Below, in pieces: positions 10,098 through 19,556 of a stretch of 64,000 nucleotides of DNA (positions within the stretch are counted from its first letter, which is position 1; each line of letters opens with the position of its first letter). Below the pieces are notes generated by a model. The model had not been told where the DNA came from and ran no database searches. It worked only from the letters and a program-made list of their open reading frames with translations. A program made the position numbers and the translations under genes. This stretch comes from Opitutia bacterium (lineage in GTDB: Bacteria > Verrucomicrobiota > Verrucomicrobiia > Opitutales > Opitutaceae): assembly GCA_947478395.1 (NCBI GenBank), contig CANJVR010000002.1, forward strand, positions 576,001 through 640,000, given 5' to 3'.

Positions 10098-11290
10098 AAA
10101 TCGGGCGCACCATCGCTCTCGCCCTCGCGAGCACCGCATGCGTGTGGCTCGCCGGCTGTATTTCTTTTCATCGCGAGCGGCCCCGCCCCGGCCGCACCAC
10201 GCTGAGCTCACCGCTAGTCGTGCTGCCCGCACAAAAACTGGGTTCCTATCTCGTGATCGAGGCCAAATGGGATCGCGCCGGCCCGTGGCATTTTCTCGTC
10301 GATACCGGCTCGACCGTCACCCACGTATCCCCGGAATTCGCCAAACGCTACGGGGTGAAAAATCCCGCGACCGACGGCGCCACCGATATCCACGTCAAGT
10401 CCGCGACCGGCGCCACTCTCGTCCTCGCTCCGATTACCCTCCGGCGTGTCCAACTTGGCGAAGCCGCGTTTGAGGACGTCCGCGCCGTCATCAACGCCAC
10501 TTCCTGCGAGCAGCTGTCCGCGCACTTGGGCGTGAAGATCGACGGCATCCTCGGTTTCCCGCTTTTCCGGGAGACGTTGCTGACCTTCGACTATCCGCAC
10601 GAACGCATCCTACTCGCTCCGGCCAGCAGCCGCGCACTGCTGCCGGGCATCGCGATCCCATTCAGCAATTCGAGCAAGTCGCCCATCATCCCGGTCCGCA
10701 TCGCCGACCGCACTTTTATCGCGCTGCTCGATTCCGGCAGCGACTGCGCACTGAGCATAAATCCCATCGGGCTGAGGCCGCTCTTCGGATTTGGCCCACG
10801 CGAGGGAAACATCGTGAGCACCTTGACGGGCGATCACACGCAACAGATCGGCCGGCTCGACGAACCTCTCGCGATCGGCAACTACGTCGTCTCAAAACCA
10901 ATCGCGCATCTTTCCGACGATCTCTCCGCCATCGGCGGCGCCATCCTCGAAAATTTCACGGTCACTTTCGATCAGGAGCACGATCGCGTCACGTTTCACC
11001 GCGAGACCACGGCGCCGATCGCGCCCGTGCCGCGTCGCAGTGCAGGCATCAGTTTTGCCAAGAGTCCCGCCTACTGGCGGGTCGCGGGCGTCGTGCCCGA
11101 CTCTCCAGCGGCCACGGCGGAAGTCGAGACGGGCGATCTGGTCACGCGCATTAACGGCGAGCCCGTCGAGCGCTGGGATTTTCGCCGCTACGAGGAACTT
11201 GTCGCGCACGCGCCGACGATCACGTTCACTTTTCTGTACGGCACGCGCGAAACGGAGAAATCGCTGCGCGTGTTCGAACTGGTCCCGTGA
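10094..11290 (+). CDS. Lipoprotein aspartyl protease (two retropepsin-like domains) with C-terminal PDZ domain
   Basis: Lipobox LAGC, FLVDTGS and LLDSGS motifs, [29 protein letters not shown] overlap with the MFS gene. Confidence 0.85.
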   Translation: MKIGRTIALALASTACVWLAGCISFHRERPRPGRTTLSSPLVVLPAQKLGSYLVIEAKWDRAGPWHFLVDTGSTVTHVSPEFAKRYGVKNPATDGATDIHVKSATGATLVLAPITLRRVQLGEAAFEDVRAVINATSCEQLSAHLGVKIDGILGFPLFRETLLTFDYPHERILLAPASSRALLPGIAIPFSNSSKSPIIPVRIADRTFIALLDSGSDCALSINPIGLRPLFGFGPREGNIVSTLTGDHTQQIGRLDEPLAIGNYVVSKPIAHLSDDLSAIGGAILENFTVTFDQEHDRVTFHRETTAPIAPVPRRSAGISFAKSPAYWRVAGVVPDSPAATAEVETGDLVTRINGEPVERWDFRRYEELVAHAPTITFTFLYGTRETEKSLRVFELVP

Positions 11291-11373
11291 GGATTTTTTC
11301 GGTGCGGCCGAGAGACGTCCGGAATCCCGTTCTACGATTGATCCATCCGCCCCAACTGCGCTTCACTGCGGCC

Positions 11374-11622
11374 ATGCCTGTCCCTGCTTCCAACGATCCG
11401 CTTCACGGTGTCACGCTTGAGACCATCGTAACGCGGCTCGTCGCGCACTATGGATGGAGCGAACTCGGCCAGCGCATCGACATCCGCTGCTTCAATTTCG
11501 ATCCCAGCGTAAAATCCAGTTTACAGTTTCTGCGCCGCACGCCGTGGGCCCGCACCAAGGTCGAGCAACTTTACGTCCGCTCGAATCTAACCGCGGATAT
11601 TGAAAAACCCGAGGCTACGTAG
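11374..11622 (+). CDS. VF530/DUF2132 family small putative DNA-binding protein
   Basis: [43 protein letters not shown] is the family signature. Confidence 0.9.
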   Translation: MPVPASNDPLHGVTLETIVTRLVAHYGWSELGQRIDIRCFNFDPSVKSSLQFLRRTPWARTKVEQLYVRSNLTADIEKPEAT

Positions 11623-11953
11623 TGGGCGATCTGACGGCTGCGGAGCCATGACTCTGATTAGAGTTTCTTTCCCACTCCCACCAGAACTCCGGCAGAAGAT
11701 TGCCGCGCGCTCACTTTTTCTTGGCTAGCGGCCAGTATGACCTGGCGCGAAACATCGGCGGGCCGAACGCGGAAACGCTCGACGCGATCGGGCACCCCGA
11801 AGCGACCACCGCGATGGTGAGTAACCCGATTCTAGCCTCGGGACGCCGCCGCACTCACCGCCGGCGAGTTCCTAACCGACCACGCCTACGATCACACCCC
11901 CTTTTTCAAAAAAGCCTTCCCTCCTCCCGCGCCAGCCGTCTCAATCCGCCGCC

Positions 11954-12520
11954 GTGGGCCCAGCCAAAACCATAGGTGCCGGCGAAATCCAGGCCGCCAT
12001 CACTCACCTCGCCTCCGCCATCGCCACCCGTCACGGGACCGAAGGCAAATTGATCCTTCTCGGGATCGCCAACGGCGGAATTCCCCTCAGCCGCCGGCTC
12101 GCCTTGAGCCTGTCAAAGGCCTCGCCCGCGATCACCGCCAAATGTGGCACGCTCGATATTTCGTTTCATCGCGACGACATCGGGCGCCATCCCATTCCAA
12201 AAGAGTTCACGCCCACGTTGCTCCCAGCCGACGTCAACGGCGCCACCGTGATTCTCGTCGACGATGTCCTTTTTTCCGGTCGCACCGTCAAAGCCGCGCT
12301 CGACGAACTCTTCGATCACGGTCGTCCCGCCAAGGTCGAACTCGCTGTTCTCGTCGACCGCGGCCATCACCGCCTGCCCGTCACCGCCGACTACGTGGGA
12401 CTTCAGCTCGCGACCACCGCCGCCGAAAAGGTAATCGTTACTCTCGACGAAAAAAATCCCGCCCGCGACGCGATCGAGATCCGCCCCGCCCCTCGGCCGG
12501 CCGGCAACGCGAAACGCTAA
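11954..12520 (+). CDS. pyrR: PyrR / uracil phosphoribosyltransferase
   Basis: LDISFHRDD, VILVDDVLFSGRT, LVDRGHHRLPV. Sits upstream of pyrB. Confidence 0.9.
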   Translation: MGPAKTIGAGEIQAAITHLASAIATRHGTEGKLILLGIANGGIPLSRRLALSLSKASPAITAKCGTLDISFHRDDIGRHPIPKEFTPTLLPADVNGATVILVDDVLFSGRTVKAALDELFDHGRPAKVELAVLVDRGHHRLPVTADYVGLQLATTAAEKVIVTLDEKNPARDAIEIRPAPRPAGNAKR

Positions 12521-12543
12521 TCCGAAACCCGAAACCTATTTTC

Positions 12544-13488
12544 ATGCCCTGGACCCGCCGCCATCTCCTGACCATCGAGGAACTCAATCTCCATGAGATC
12601 GAGCAGATCCACACCACCGCGACCGCCTTCAAAAAAATTCTCGGCCGCAGCGTCAAAAAAGTTCCCGCCCTCCGCGGCAAGACTATCGTCAATCTCTTCC
12701 TCGAGCCCAGCACTCGCACGCGCATGGCTTTCGACATGGCGGCCAAGCGCCTCAGCGCCGACGTGATCGCCTTCGATGCCGCCAGCTCCAGCACGACGAA
12801 AGGCGAAACCCTGCGCGACACCGCGGAAAACATCCGCGCGCTCGGCGCCGACATGATCGTCATCCGGCACGCCGCGGCCGGCTCGCCGCTTTACCTTTCG
12901 CGCCTCCTCGACATCCCGATCATCAACGCGGGCGACGGCGCACATGAGCATCCGACGCAGGGTCTCCTCGACACGTTTACCATGATCGAGCACCTCGGCA
13001 GCCTGCGGGGCCGCAAGATCGTCATCCTTGGCGACATTCTTTTCAGCCGCGTGGCGCGCTCGAACATTCACGCGCTCACCAAGCTCGGCGCCGCGGTCAC
13101 TCTGGTCGGACCCTCGACCCTCGTCCCGGAATGGTTCACCGCGCTCGGCGTGAAAGTTTCGCACGATCTGCGCAGCGCGCTCGCCGACGCCGAGGTCGTG
13201 ATGCTGCTTCGCATCCAGCATGAACGGCAGTCGAGCGGTCATTTTCCGTCGCTGGGCGAATACACCAGTATGTTCGGTTTGAACAAAACCCGCGCGGGCT
13301 GGCTGAATCCCAAGGCGATCATCATGCATCCCGGCCCGATCAACCGTGGGGTGGAAATCGACAGCGAACTCGCCGACGGCCCGCGCAGTGTGATCCTGGA
13401 ACAAGTGACCAACGGGATCGCCGTTCGCATGGCGGTGCTTTACCTCTGCTCCGGCGGCCAACCCGAACACGTTATGCCAGCAGAATGA
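12544..13488 (+). CDS. pyrB: Aspartate carbamoyltransferase catalytic subunit
   Basis: FLEPSTRTR, NAGDGAHEHPTQ, MHPGPINRGVEI. Confidence 0.97.
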   Translation: MPWTRRHLLTIEELNLHEIEQIHTTATAFKKILGRSVKKVPALRGKTIVNLFLEPSTRTRMAFDMAAKRLSADVIAFDAASSSTTKGETLRDTAENIRALGADMIVIRHAAAGSPLYLSRLLDIPIINAGDGAHEHPTQGLLDTFTMIEHLGSLRGRKIVILGDILFSRVARSNIHALTKLGAAVTLVGPSTLVPEWFTALGVKVSHDLRSALADAEVVMLLRIQHERQSSGHFPSLGEYTSMFGLNKTRAGWLNPKAIIMHPGPINRGVEIDSELADGPRSVILEQVTNGIAVRMAVLYLCSGGQPEHVMPAE

Positions 13489-13947
13489 ATGGCCACGAGG
13501 AGGCACGAGAAAGCACACCAAGGGCATGACCCCATATTCCATCAACCCACGGTGCGACGTCCTTCGCGAAACCCGTTTCGCCATTCACCGCTTCCATCGC
13601 CACGGCCACGTCGCAAAGATCGATGAAAACGCTCTGGCTCATCGACTGCGGAAGGCCGGGCTTTCCGTTCAACAGAAATTTCCAGTGAACGTTTTGGATA
13701 AAGATGGCACGCCGCTGGGAGAGTTTTTCGCCGACCTTGTTGTCGAGAATCGTCTCATCGTTGAGCTCAAGGCCGCACGGAGTGTCGTCGACCAGCATAT
13801 CGCACAATTGCTGGGCTATCTCCGGTTGTCTCGCCCCGAAACCGGCCGGCTCATTAATTTCGGGGCACCGGCCCTCTTTGTTGAAAAATATCTCATGTCC
13901 CACCCGCTCTGATTTTTGTGCCTTCTCGTGCCTCTTCGTGGCCATTC
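13487..13947. mobile_element. GxxExxY-nuclease cassette bounded by 31-bp inverted repeats, inserted between pyrB and pyrC
   Basis: 13487-13517 GAATGGCCACGAGGAGGCACGAGAAAGCACA and the reverse complement of 13917-13947 GAATGGCCACGAAGAGGCACGAGAAGGCACA match at 29/31. Confidence 0.75.
13526..13912 (+). CDS. GxxExxY family PD-(D/E)XK nuclease-like protein, signature degenerate (possibly decaying)
   Basis: 128 aa. ENALAHRL, FADLVVENRLIVELKA, HIAQLLGYL, LINFG. The GxxExxY position reads GHVAKID. Confidence 0.85.
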   Translation: MTPYSINPRCDVLRETRFAIHRFHRHGHVAKIDENALAHRLRKAGLSVQQKFPVNVLDKDGTPLGEFFADLVVENRLIVELKAARSVVDQHIAQLLGYLRLSRPETGRLINFGAPALFVEKYLMSHPL

Positions 13948-13959
13948 CTCCGACTTCCG

Positions 13960-15249
13960 ATGCCTAACCTCTGGATTCAAAACGCCCGCGTAATTGACCC
14001 CGCCGCCAAACGCGACGGGGTCGGCGATCTCTTCGTTCGCGATGGCAAACTCGTCCCTTCCCTTTCGGCAGCCGATAAGAAGCGCGCGAAAAAAATCGAC
14101 GGCACCGGTCTCGTCGCCTGTCCCGGCCTTGTCGATATCCACGTCCACTTCCGCGAGCCCGGCCAGACGCACAAGGAAACCATCGCCACCGGTTCCCGTG
14201 CCGCCGCCGCCGGCGGTTTCACCACGGTCGTCTGCATGCCCAACACCGCACCCGTCGCGGACAACGCCGGCACGATTCAGTTCATCAATGATGCCGTCCG
14301 CCGCGATGCCGTCGTGCGCGTCCTCCCCACCGGCTGTATCACCGCCGGCATGAAGGGCACCGCGCTCGCGCCGATCGGTTCGCTCAAGCGCGCCGGTGTC
14401 GTTGCGATCACCGACGACGGCGACTGCGTGCAGTCCAACGAACTCATGCGGCGCGCCTGCGAGTACGCAAAGATGTTCGACCTGCCGATCATGGATCACT
14501 GTCAGGACCATTCCATGACGGTGGGCTCGGTCATGAACGAGGGCATCATGTCCACCCGCCTCGGTCTCCGTGGCTGGCCCAACGCCGCCGAAGATCTGAT
14601 CGTCGCCCGCAACGTCGTGCTCTCCGAGTACACGGGCGCGCACATCCATCTCCAACACATCTCGTCGAAATTTTCGGTCGATGTCATTCGCCGCGCGAAA
14701 AATCGCGGCGCGAAAATCACCGCTGAAGCGACGCCCCATCACATCGCACTCACCGACGCATCGCTCGCGACCTACGACACCAATTTCAAAATGAATCCTC
14801 CGCTGCGCACCGAGGAGGATCGCCTGGCGATCATCGCCGGCCTGCGCGATGGCGCGATCGATATCGTCGCGACGGATCACGCGCCGCACACCGACTACGA
14901 AAAAGACAAGGAGTTCGATTTCGCGCCCAACGGTATTCTCGGTCTTGAGACGGCCCTGCCTGTTACGCTCGAAATCCTCGTCCGCCAAAACAAGTTCAAG
15001 CTCCCGTTCGTGATCGACCTCATGACCCGCCGGCCCGCGGATATCCTCAAACTCCCTTCCGGCACACTCGGTGATGGCGCTGCGGCCGATATCACTCTTT
15101 TCGATCCGACGGAAAAATGGCACTACGACGCCAAGAACGGGCAGAGCAAATCGAGCAATTCACCGTGGCATGGCCAGACCCTGACCGGTCGCGTGAAGGT
15201 CACCATCGTAGCCGGCCGCGTCGTGTTCGCCGACGGCAGGATTCAGTGA
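13960..15249 (+). CDS. pyrC: Dihydroorotase
   Basis: DIHVHFREPG, CMPNT, KMNPPLR, ATDHAPH. Confidence 0.97.
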   Translation: MPNLWIQNARVIDPAAKRDGVGDLFVRDGKLVPSLSAADKKRAKKIDGTGLVACPGLVDIHVHFREPGQTHKETIATGSRAAAAGGFTTVVCMPNTAPVADNAGTIQFINDAVRRDAVVRVLPTGCITAGMKGTALAPIGSLKRAGVVAITDDGDCVQSNELMRRACEYAKMFDLPIMDHCQDHSMTVGSVMNEGIMSTRLGLRGWPNAAEDLIVARNVVLSEYTGAHIHLQHISSKFSVDVIRRAKNRGAKITAEATPHHIALTDASLATYDTNFKMNPPLRTEEDRLAIIAGLRDGAIDIVATDHAPHTDYEKDKEFDFAPNGILGLETALPVTLEILVRQNKFKLPFVIDLMTRRPADILKLPSGTLGDGAAADITLFDPTEKWHYDAKNGQSKSSNSPWHGQTLTGRVKVTIVAGRVVFADGRIQ

Positions 15250-15288
15250 CCACGCCCCTTCATTGCAGTCGCTGCAGCTTCTGAGCGT

Positions 15289-15402
15289 TGGCCACGAAAA
15301 GGCCCTGAAAGTTGGACGGCTCCGGCGAATTCTCCATGCGGCTGAAAGCGCGCCACGCGACGTGGACCTAGGATAAGAAATTTTTGTGTCTCCTCGCCGG
15401 CC
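15289..15402. repeat. Degenerate empty pair of GxxExxY-type inverted arms after pyrC
   Basis: TGGCCACGAAAAGGCCCTGAAAG ... TTTTTGTGTCTCCTCGCCGGCC. Confidence 0.5.
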
Positions 15403-15518
15403 AAGCTCTGGAGAATTCAGTTCCGCTCTCTCTAACGTCCGAGCCTTACGCCAACTTCGATCGGCTTCCGCGCGCTTGCGCGGCCGCGCGGTTTCCGCCG
15501 GACTCGGCGTTTTATTTC

Positions 15519-16331
15519 ATGTCTGTCCTCTCCACCCAGATCGCGATCGGCTTCGAACTCTCACTCCTGCTTAGCGGCGCGTGGATCCTCTGGCGTCTCG
15601 TGCTGAGCCCAGCCGCGCGGACCGCCCGTAAACCGTCCCGTCTGGCCGCGTGGGATATCGCAGCCTCCGATTTCCTCCTCTTTGTTTGGCTCGTGATCAT
15701 CGGTGGTCTTGTGGTGCAAATTGGCGCCGGCCATTTGCTCAAGCGCGCAGATATCGACGCCAATTGGCGGATCATTTTTGTGGGCGGGTCTGTTCACATT
15801 GGCATGCTGGCCGGCATGGTCGCTTTTCGGCTTTTCGTGCGGCGGCCGCCGCCCAGTGAACCACTCGTTACGCTGCATCCGGCCATTTCCGGGGTTGCGA
15901 CTTTTTTGATTTCGATTCCCGTCCTGACCGTGGTCAGCCTCGCGTGGCAGGGCTTGCTCCAGCTCTGCGGTATTCCGGCGGAGAAGCAGGATCTCATCGA
16001 TCTTTTCGCCAAAGCCAAATCGCCCGGCTTACTTCTCTTCCTGACCTCGTTCGCCGTTGTGGTCGCCCCCATCAGCGAGGAAATGTTGTTTCGCGCGGGT
16101 ATCTTTCGCTACGCCCGCACGCGCCTCCCGCGCTGGGCCGCACTCTTTTTGCCCGCCTGTCTCTTCGGCGCGCTGCATTTCAACCTTGCCAGCTTTGCGC
16201 CGCTCGTCGCCCTCGGGATTATTTTTTCCCTCGCCTACGAACGCACCGGACGGATCGGCACCACGATGGTCGCCCACGCCCTTTTTAACTTAAACACCGT
16301 GGTGCTTATCCTCTCGGGGATCGATCGCTGA
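15519..16331 (+). CDS. CPBP/Abi (CAAX) family intramembrane glutamic endopeptidase
   Basis: APISEEMLFRA, LFGALH, AHALFN motifs. Multi-TM. Confidence 0.92.
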   Translation: MSVLSTQIAIGFELSLLLSGAWILWRLVLSPAARTARKPSRLAAWDIAASDFLLFVWLVIIGGLVVQIGAGHLLKRADIDANWRIIFVGGSVHIGMLAGMVAFRLFVRRPPPSEPLVTLHPAISGVATFLISIPVLTVVSLAWQGLLQLCGIPAEKQDLIDLFAKAKSPGLLLFLTSFAVVVAPISEEMLFRAGIFRYARTRLPRWAALFLPACLFGALHFNLASFAPLVALGIIFSLAYERTGRIGTTMVAHALFNLNTVVLILSGIDR

Positions 16332-16476
16332 CGTGATGACCATCACGACAAAATCTCAAACGCCGGGGGCTAGAGCTTTGGGCAGGGTGCCCTCACCCCG
16401 TCGCTTGGCGTGTAATGGCCCCCGCCCCACCGCAGGCGGCGTAATGGTCTCACGCGGGCTCTGACCCCGGCGCTTC

Positions 16477-17403
16477 ATGTCCCCCTTCACGTCACGCACC
16501 GCCGATTCCGTTTCCGCCCTCGGTGAGGAAAAGCTCGTCGGGGCCATCCGCCGTTGGCTGGGTTCTGCTTCTCCGGGGGCACCGTTTGGGATTGGAGACG
16601 ACTGCGCCGTCCTGCCCGCCGCCCGCGGCCGCCAACTCATCACGGTCGATCCCGTGATCTATGGCCGCCACTTCGACAATGATGTCGCGCCCCGGGCAGT
16701 CGGCGAAAAATTACTCAAGCGCAACCTGAGCGATCTCGCCGCGATGGGTGGGCGGCCCGCGACGGCCGTAATCGCGCTGACACTCGATGGGCGTACGAGT
16801 CTAGCCTGGCTGGAAAACTTTTATCGCGGCCTCGCCGCGTGTGCCCGCCGTTACCGCGTTGCGATCGTCGGTGGCGATATCGCCCAAGCCGACGGCATCG
16901 TCGCCGCCAGTCTAACTCTGCTGGGCCGCCCTTCCGGGCGCCGCATCGTGATGCGTACCGGTGCGCGCGCGGGGGATGCGCTCTACGTCACCGGCCTGCT
17001 CGGAGGCAGCCTGCGCTCAGGCCATCATTTCAAATTTACTCCGCGCCTGGACGAAGGGGCCTGGCTGGCGAATCGAACTGAGGTTCGCGCCATGATGGAT
17101 ATCAGCGATGGGCTCGCGAAGGATCTCCACGCCCTCACGCCGCGCGGGACGAAAGCCGCGCTCACCGCCACAGCACTGCCGATTCGACCGGGCAGCGATG
17201 TGCGCGCGGCCCTCACCGACGGCGAGGATTACGAACTGCTATTCGCCGTCGCGGCCGGGACGGATCACGCCGCCTTCACACGCGCATGGCGAAAAAAATT
17301 TCCGCGTACCCATCTGGCACGCATCGGAGATTTTGTCCGGAAGCTTCCGCCCGCAGCGCTCGATCTGCGCGAGTTTCATGGCTACGAGCATTTGAAGATG
17401 TAA
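16477..17403 (+). CDS. thiL: Thiamine-monophosphate kinase
   Basis: GIGDDCA, NLSDLAAMGG, IVGGD, MMDISDGL, GEDYELLF. Confidence 0.96.
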   Translation: MSPFTSRTADSVSALGEEKLVGAIRRWLGSASPGAPFGIGDDCAVLPAARGRQLITVDPVIYGRHFDNDVAPRAVGEKLLKRNLSDLAAMGGRPATAVIALTLDGRTSLAWLENFYRGLAACARRYRVAIVGGDIAQADGIVAASLTLLGRPSGRRIVMRTGARAGDALYVTGLLGGSLRSGHHFKFTPRLDEGAWLANRTEVRAMMDISDGLAKDLHALTPRGTKAALTATALPIRPGSDVRAALTDGEDYELLFAVAAGTDHAAFTRAWRKKFPRTHLARIGDFVRKLPPAALDLREFHGYEHLKM

Positions 17404-17599
17404 GTGCGAAATTTAAAGGTAGGGCGCGCTATCATTCACGAGTCGCTGAGACTTCGACCACCTGGGCCTCGGCGCCAAACCATCGGGATGGGAATAACGC
17501 GGCCTAACTTCGAGCCGCTGCTTTATCGCCATCCTGATCAAGTTGCGCGGCGCCTGAATTCTTTTGCTCCGACAGCCTCTTTTTGCGGCCATCACGGTC

Positions 17600-18034
17600 G
17601 TGTCCATTTTCGATCAACTTCGCGCCGGTGTGTGCACTTCGTCGGCCAACGAGACGCAGGTCATTGCCGCCGCGTTCGCCGCGGCTTTACCCGCGGTCGC
17701 CACGCTCGCGTTGCACGGCGACCTGGGCGTGGGCAAGACGACGTTTGCGCAAGGGCTCGCCCGCGGCTTCGGCATCGCCGGGCACGTCACCAGCCCGACG
17801 TTTAATATTTATTCGGTCTACCGGGGCCCCACTCGCACGCTGGTCCACCTCGACGCGTACCGGCTGGAGTCCGCGGCGCAGATCGAAGCCTTGTTGGTGG
17901 AGGATTTCCTGAATCCGCCTTGGTGTCTGGCGATCGAATGGCCGGAGAAAATCGCGGACTGGCTCCCGTCGGACGCGCTGCATCTCGAATTCGGCATCGC
18001 CGCCGACGAGCGCCACACGCTGCGCCTGCGGTAG
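17600..18034 (+). CDS. tsaE: tRNA threonylcarbamoyladenosine biosynthesis ATPase
   Basis: GDLGVGKTT, VTSPTF, HLDAYRL, IEWPE. Confidence 0.95.
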   Translation: MSIFDQLRAGVCTSSANETQVIAAAFAAALPAVATLALHGDLGVGKTTFAQGLARGFGIAGHVTSPTFNIYSVYRGPTRTLVHLDAYRLESAAQIEALLVEDFLNPPWCLAIEWPEKIADWLPSDALHLEFGIAADERHTLRLR

Positions 18035-18125
18035 GGGGCGCTCGGCACGAGTGCGTGCGTAGGCCGTCCGCTCGAGGGCCCTCCGGCGCGCTCAAGCGAG
18101 CTGACCTAGCTCGAATCCGGCCGAC

Positions 18126-18266
18126 TCGAGCGGATTGAATTTTTTCGCGGCCGTTTTGTGTAGCGGCAGGCGTCTCTGCCTGCCGGGCTTCGGCGTCGTC
18201 GTTTCGGCAGGCAGGGACGCCTGCCGCTACGTCTTTTGCGGCTACGCGTTTCGTTAAACCTTTCTA
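18126..18266. mobile_element. ~140-bp MITE with internal GTAG-REP doublet, copy A
   Basis: Ends TCGAGCGGATTGAA / TTAAACCTTTCTA. Internal IR 18160-18185 / 18205-18230 GTAGCGGCAGGCGTCYCTGCCTGCCG matches at 25/26. Confidence 0.75.
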
Positions 18267-19484
18267 CCGCTTCGCCCAGGATTCGCCTGAGCCGCTCTGC
18301 GGAAAACAAATCCGTCCCACCGCTTCGTCGAAGTCAGCCGCGCCCCGGATGATGTCGATTTCCAGCCGCAAATAATAAAGCGGCAGCGGACAGGTGTGGT
18401 TGTCCACGATCCGAACCGCATCTTTTTCCGTGGTGATGAGACACTCTGCCCCCGCGCGCTGGGCGGCCGCGAAGAGTTCACCGATGTCCTCTTCCTCGTA
18501 GCGATAGTGATCCATGAAACGCTCGCGTTCCATGATGAGTGCACCGAGGTCACGCAGAAATTTCTCGAAGCTTTCGGGCGTAGCGATCCCGCAAAACGCG
18601 AACACGCGCCGACCTTTCAACCACGCCAACGGTTCGCGGGCTCCCGGCGCGTCCGGCGCGACGCCGAATCGTTGCAGATACTGCGGACGGTGGGCGCACT
18701 CGATGATGTCGACCGACGGATTGTATTCGCGAATCGTCGCCTCGAGCTCGGTGTCGCGCTGGCCGTTCGACTTCGTTAGAAAAACGTAGCTCGCGCGCTT
18801 CAGATGTTTGATCGGCTCACGCAGTATGCCACGCGGCAGGAGGTGGCCGTTGCCGAACGGGTTGGTTTTGTCGATGAGCAGCAGATTAAGCCGGCCCTTG
18901 AGCGGCATGTACTGAAATCCGTCGTCGAGAATCAGGGTGTCGCACCCGAAGCGTTTGATCGCGTACGCGCCAGATTTGACGCGATTTTTGTCCACGAGCA
19001 CGACGACGCCGGGAAGGTTGCGCGCGAGCATGTACGGCTCGTCGCCCGCCTGCTCGCTGTCGAGGAGGACCTTCTCGCCGTCGCTCACCACGCGCGGCGG
19101 TGGCTCGGCGGTGTGAGTGAGTTGGAACCACCAGCGCTGCCAAAGCGGCGCGGTCTTGCTTTTGTAGCCACGACTAAGAATGGCGACCTTGCGTCCGCGA
19201 TCGCGCAGTGCCCGCGCAAATTTTTCCACGACCGGGGTCTTGCCCGTACCGCCGGCGGTGAGGTTGCCGACCACGACGACGAGACAGCCGAGCGGTTGAT
19301 CGCGCAAGATCCGGTGGCGATAAAGCCAGAGCTTTAACTGCGCCCCGCCGTTCCACAGCCAGGAGAGCGACTGCAAAAACGCGGCGTACAAACTCGCCCC
19401 GGCATCGGCGCGGCGGTCGAGCACGATGTCGACCGTGTAAAGTTCGAACGCCCGAAATTTTTTCTTCAGCCAGGAAAGCGCCAT
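18264..19484 (-). CDS. lpxK: Tetraacyldisaccharide 4'-kinase
   Basis: [48 protein letters not shown]. Confidence 0.96.
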   Translation of the reverse strand: MALSWLKKKFRAFELYTVDIVLDRRADAGASLYAAFLQSLSWLWNGGAQLKLWLYRHRILRDQPLGCLVVVVGNLTAGGTGKTPVVEKFARALRDRGRKVAILSRGYKSKTAPLWQRWWFQLTHTAEPPPRVVSDGEKVLLDSEQAGDEPYMLARNLPGVVVLVDKNRVKSGAYAIKRFGCDTLILDDGFQYMPLKGRLNLLLIDKTNPFGNGHLLPRGILREPIKHLKRASYVFLTKSNGQRDTELEATIREYNPSVDIIECAHRPQYLQRFGVAPDAPGAREPLAWLKGRRVFAFCGIATPESFEKFLRDLGALIMERERFMDHYRYEEEDIGELFAAAQRAGAECLITTEKDAVRIVDNHTCPLPLYYLRLEIDIIRGAADFDEAVGRICFPQSGSGESWAKR

Positions 19485-19556
19485 GAATAGGTGTCCGCGA
19501 TGAAGGTTGACGCGCTCCGCCGCGTAAACTGTTTTTCAGCCCTCACCGCGCTAACT

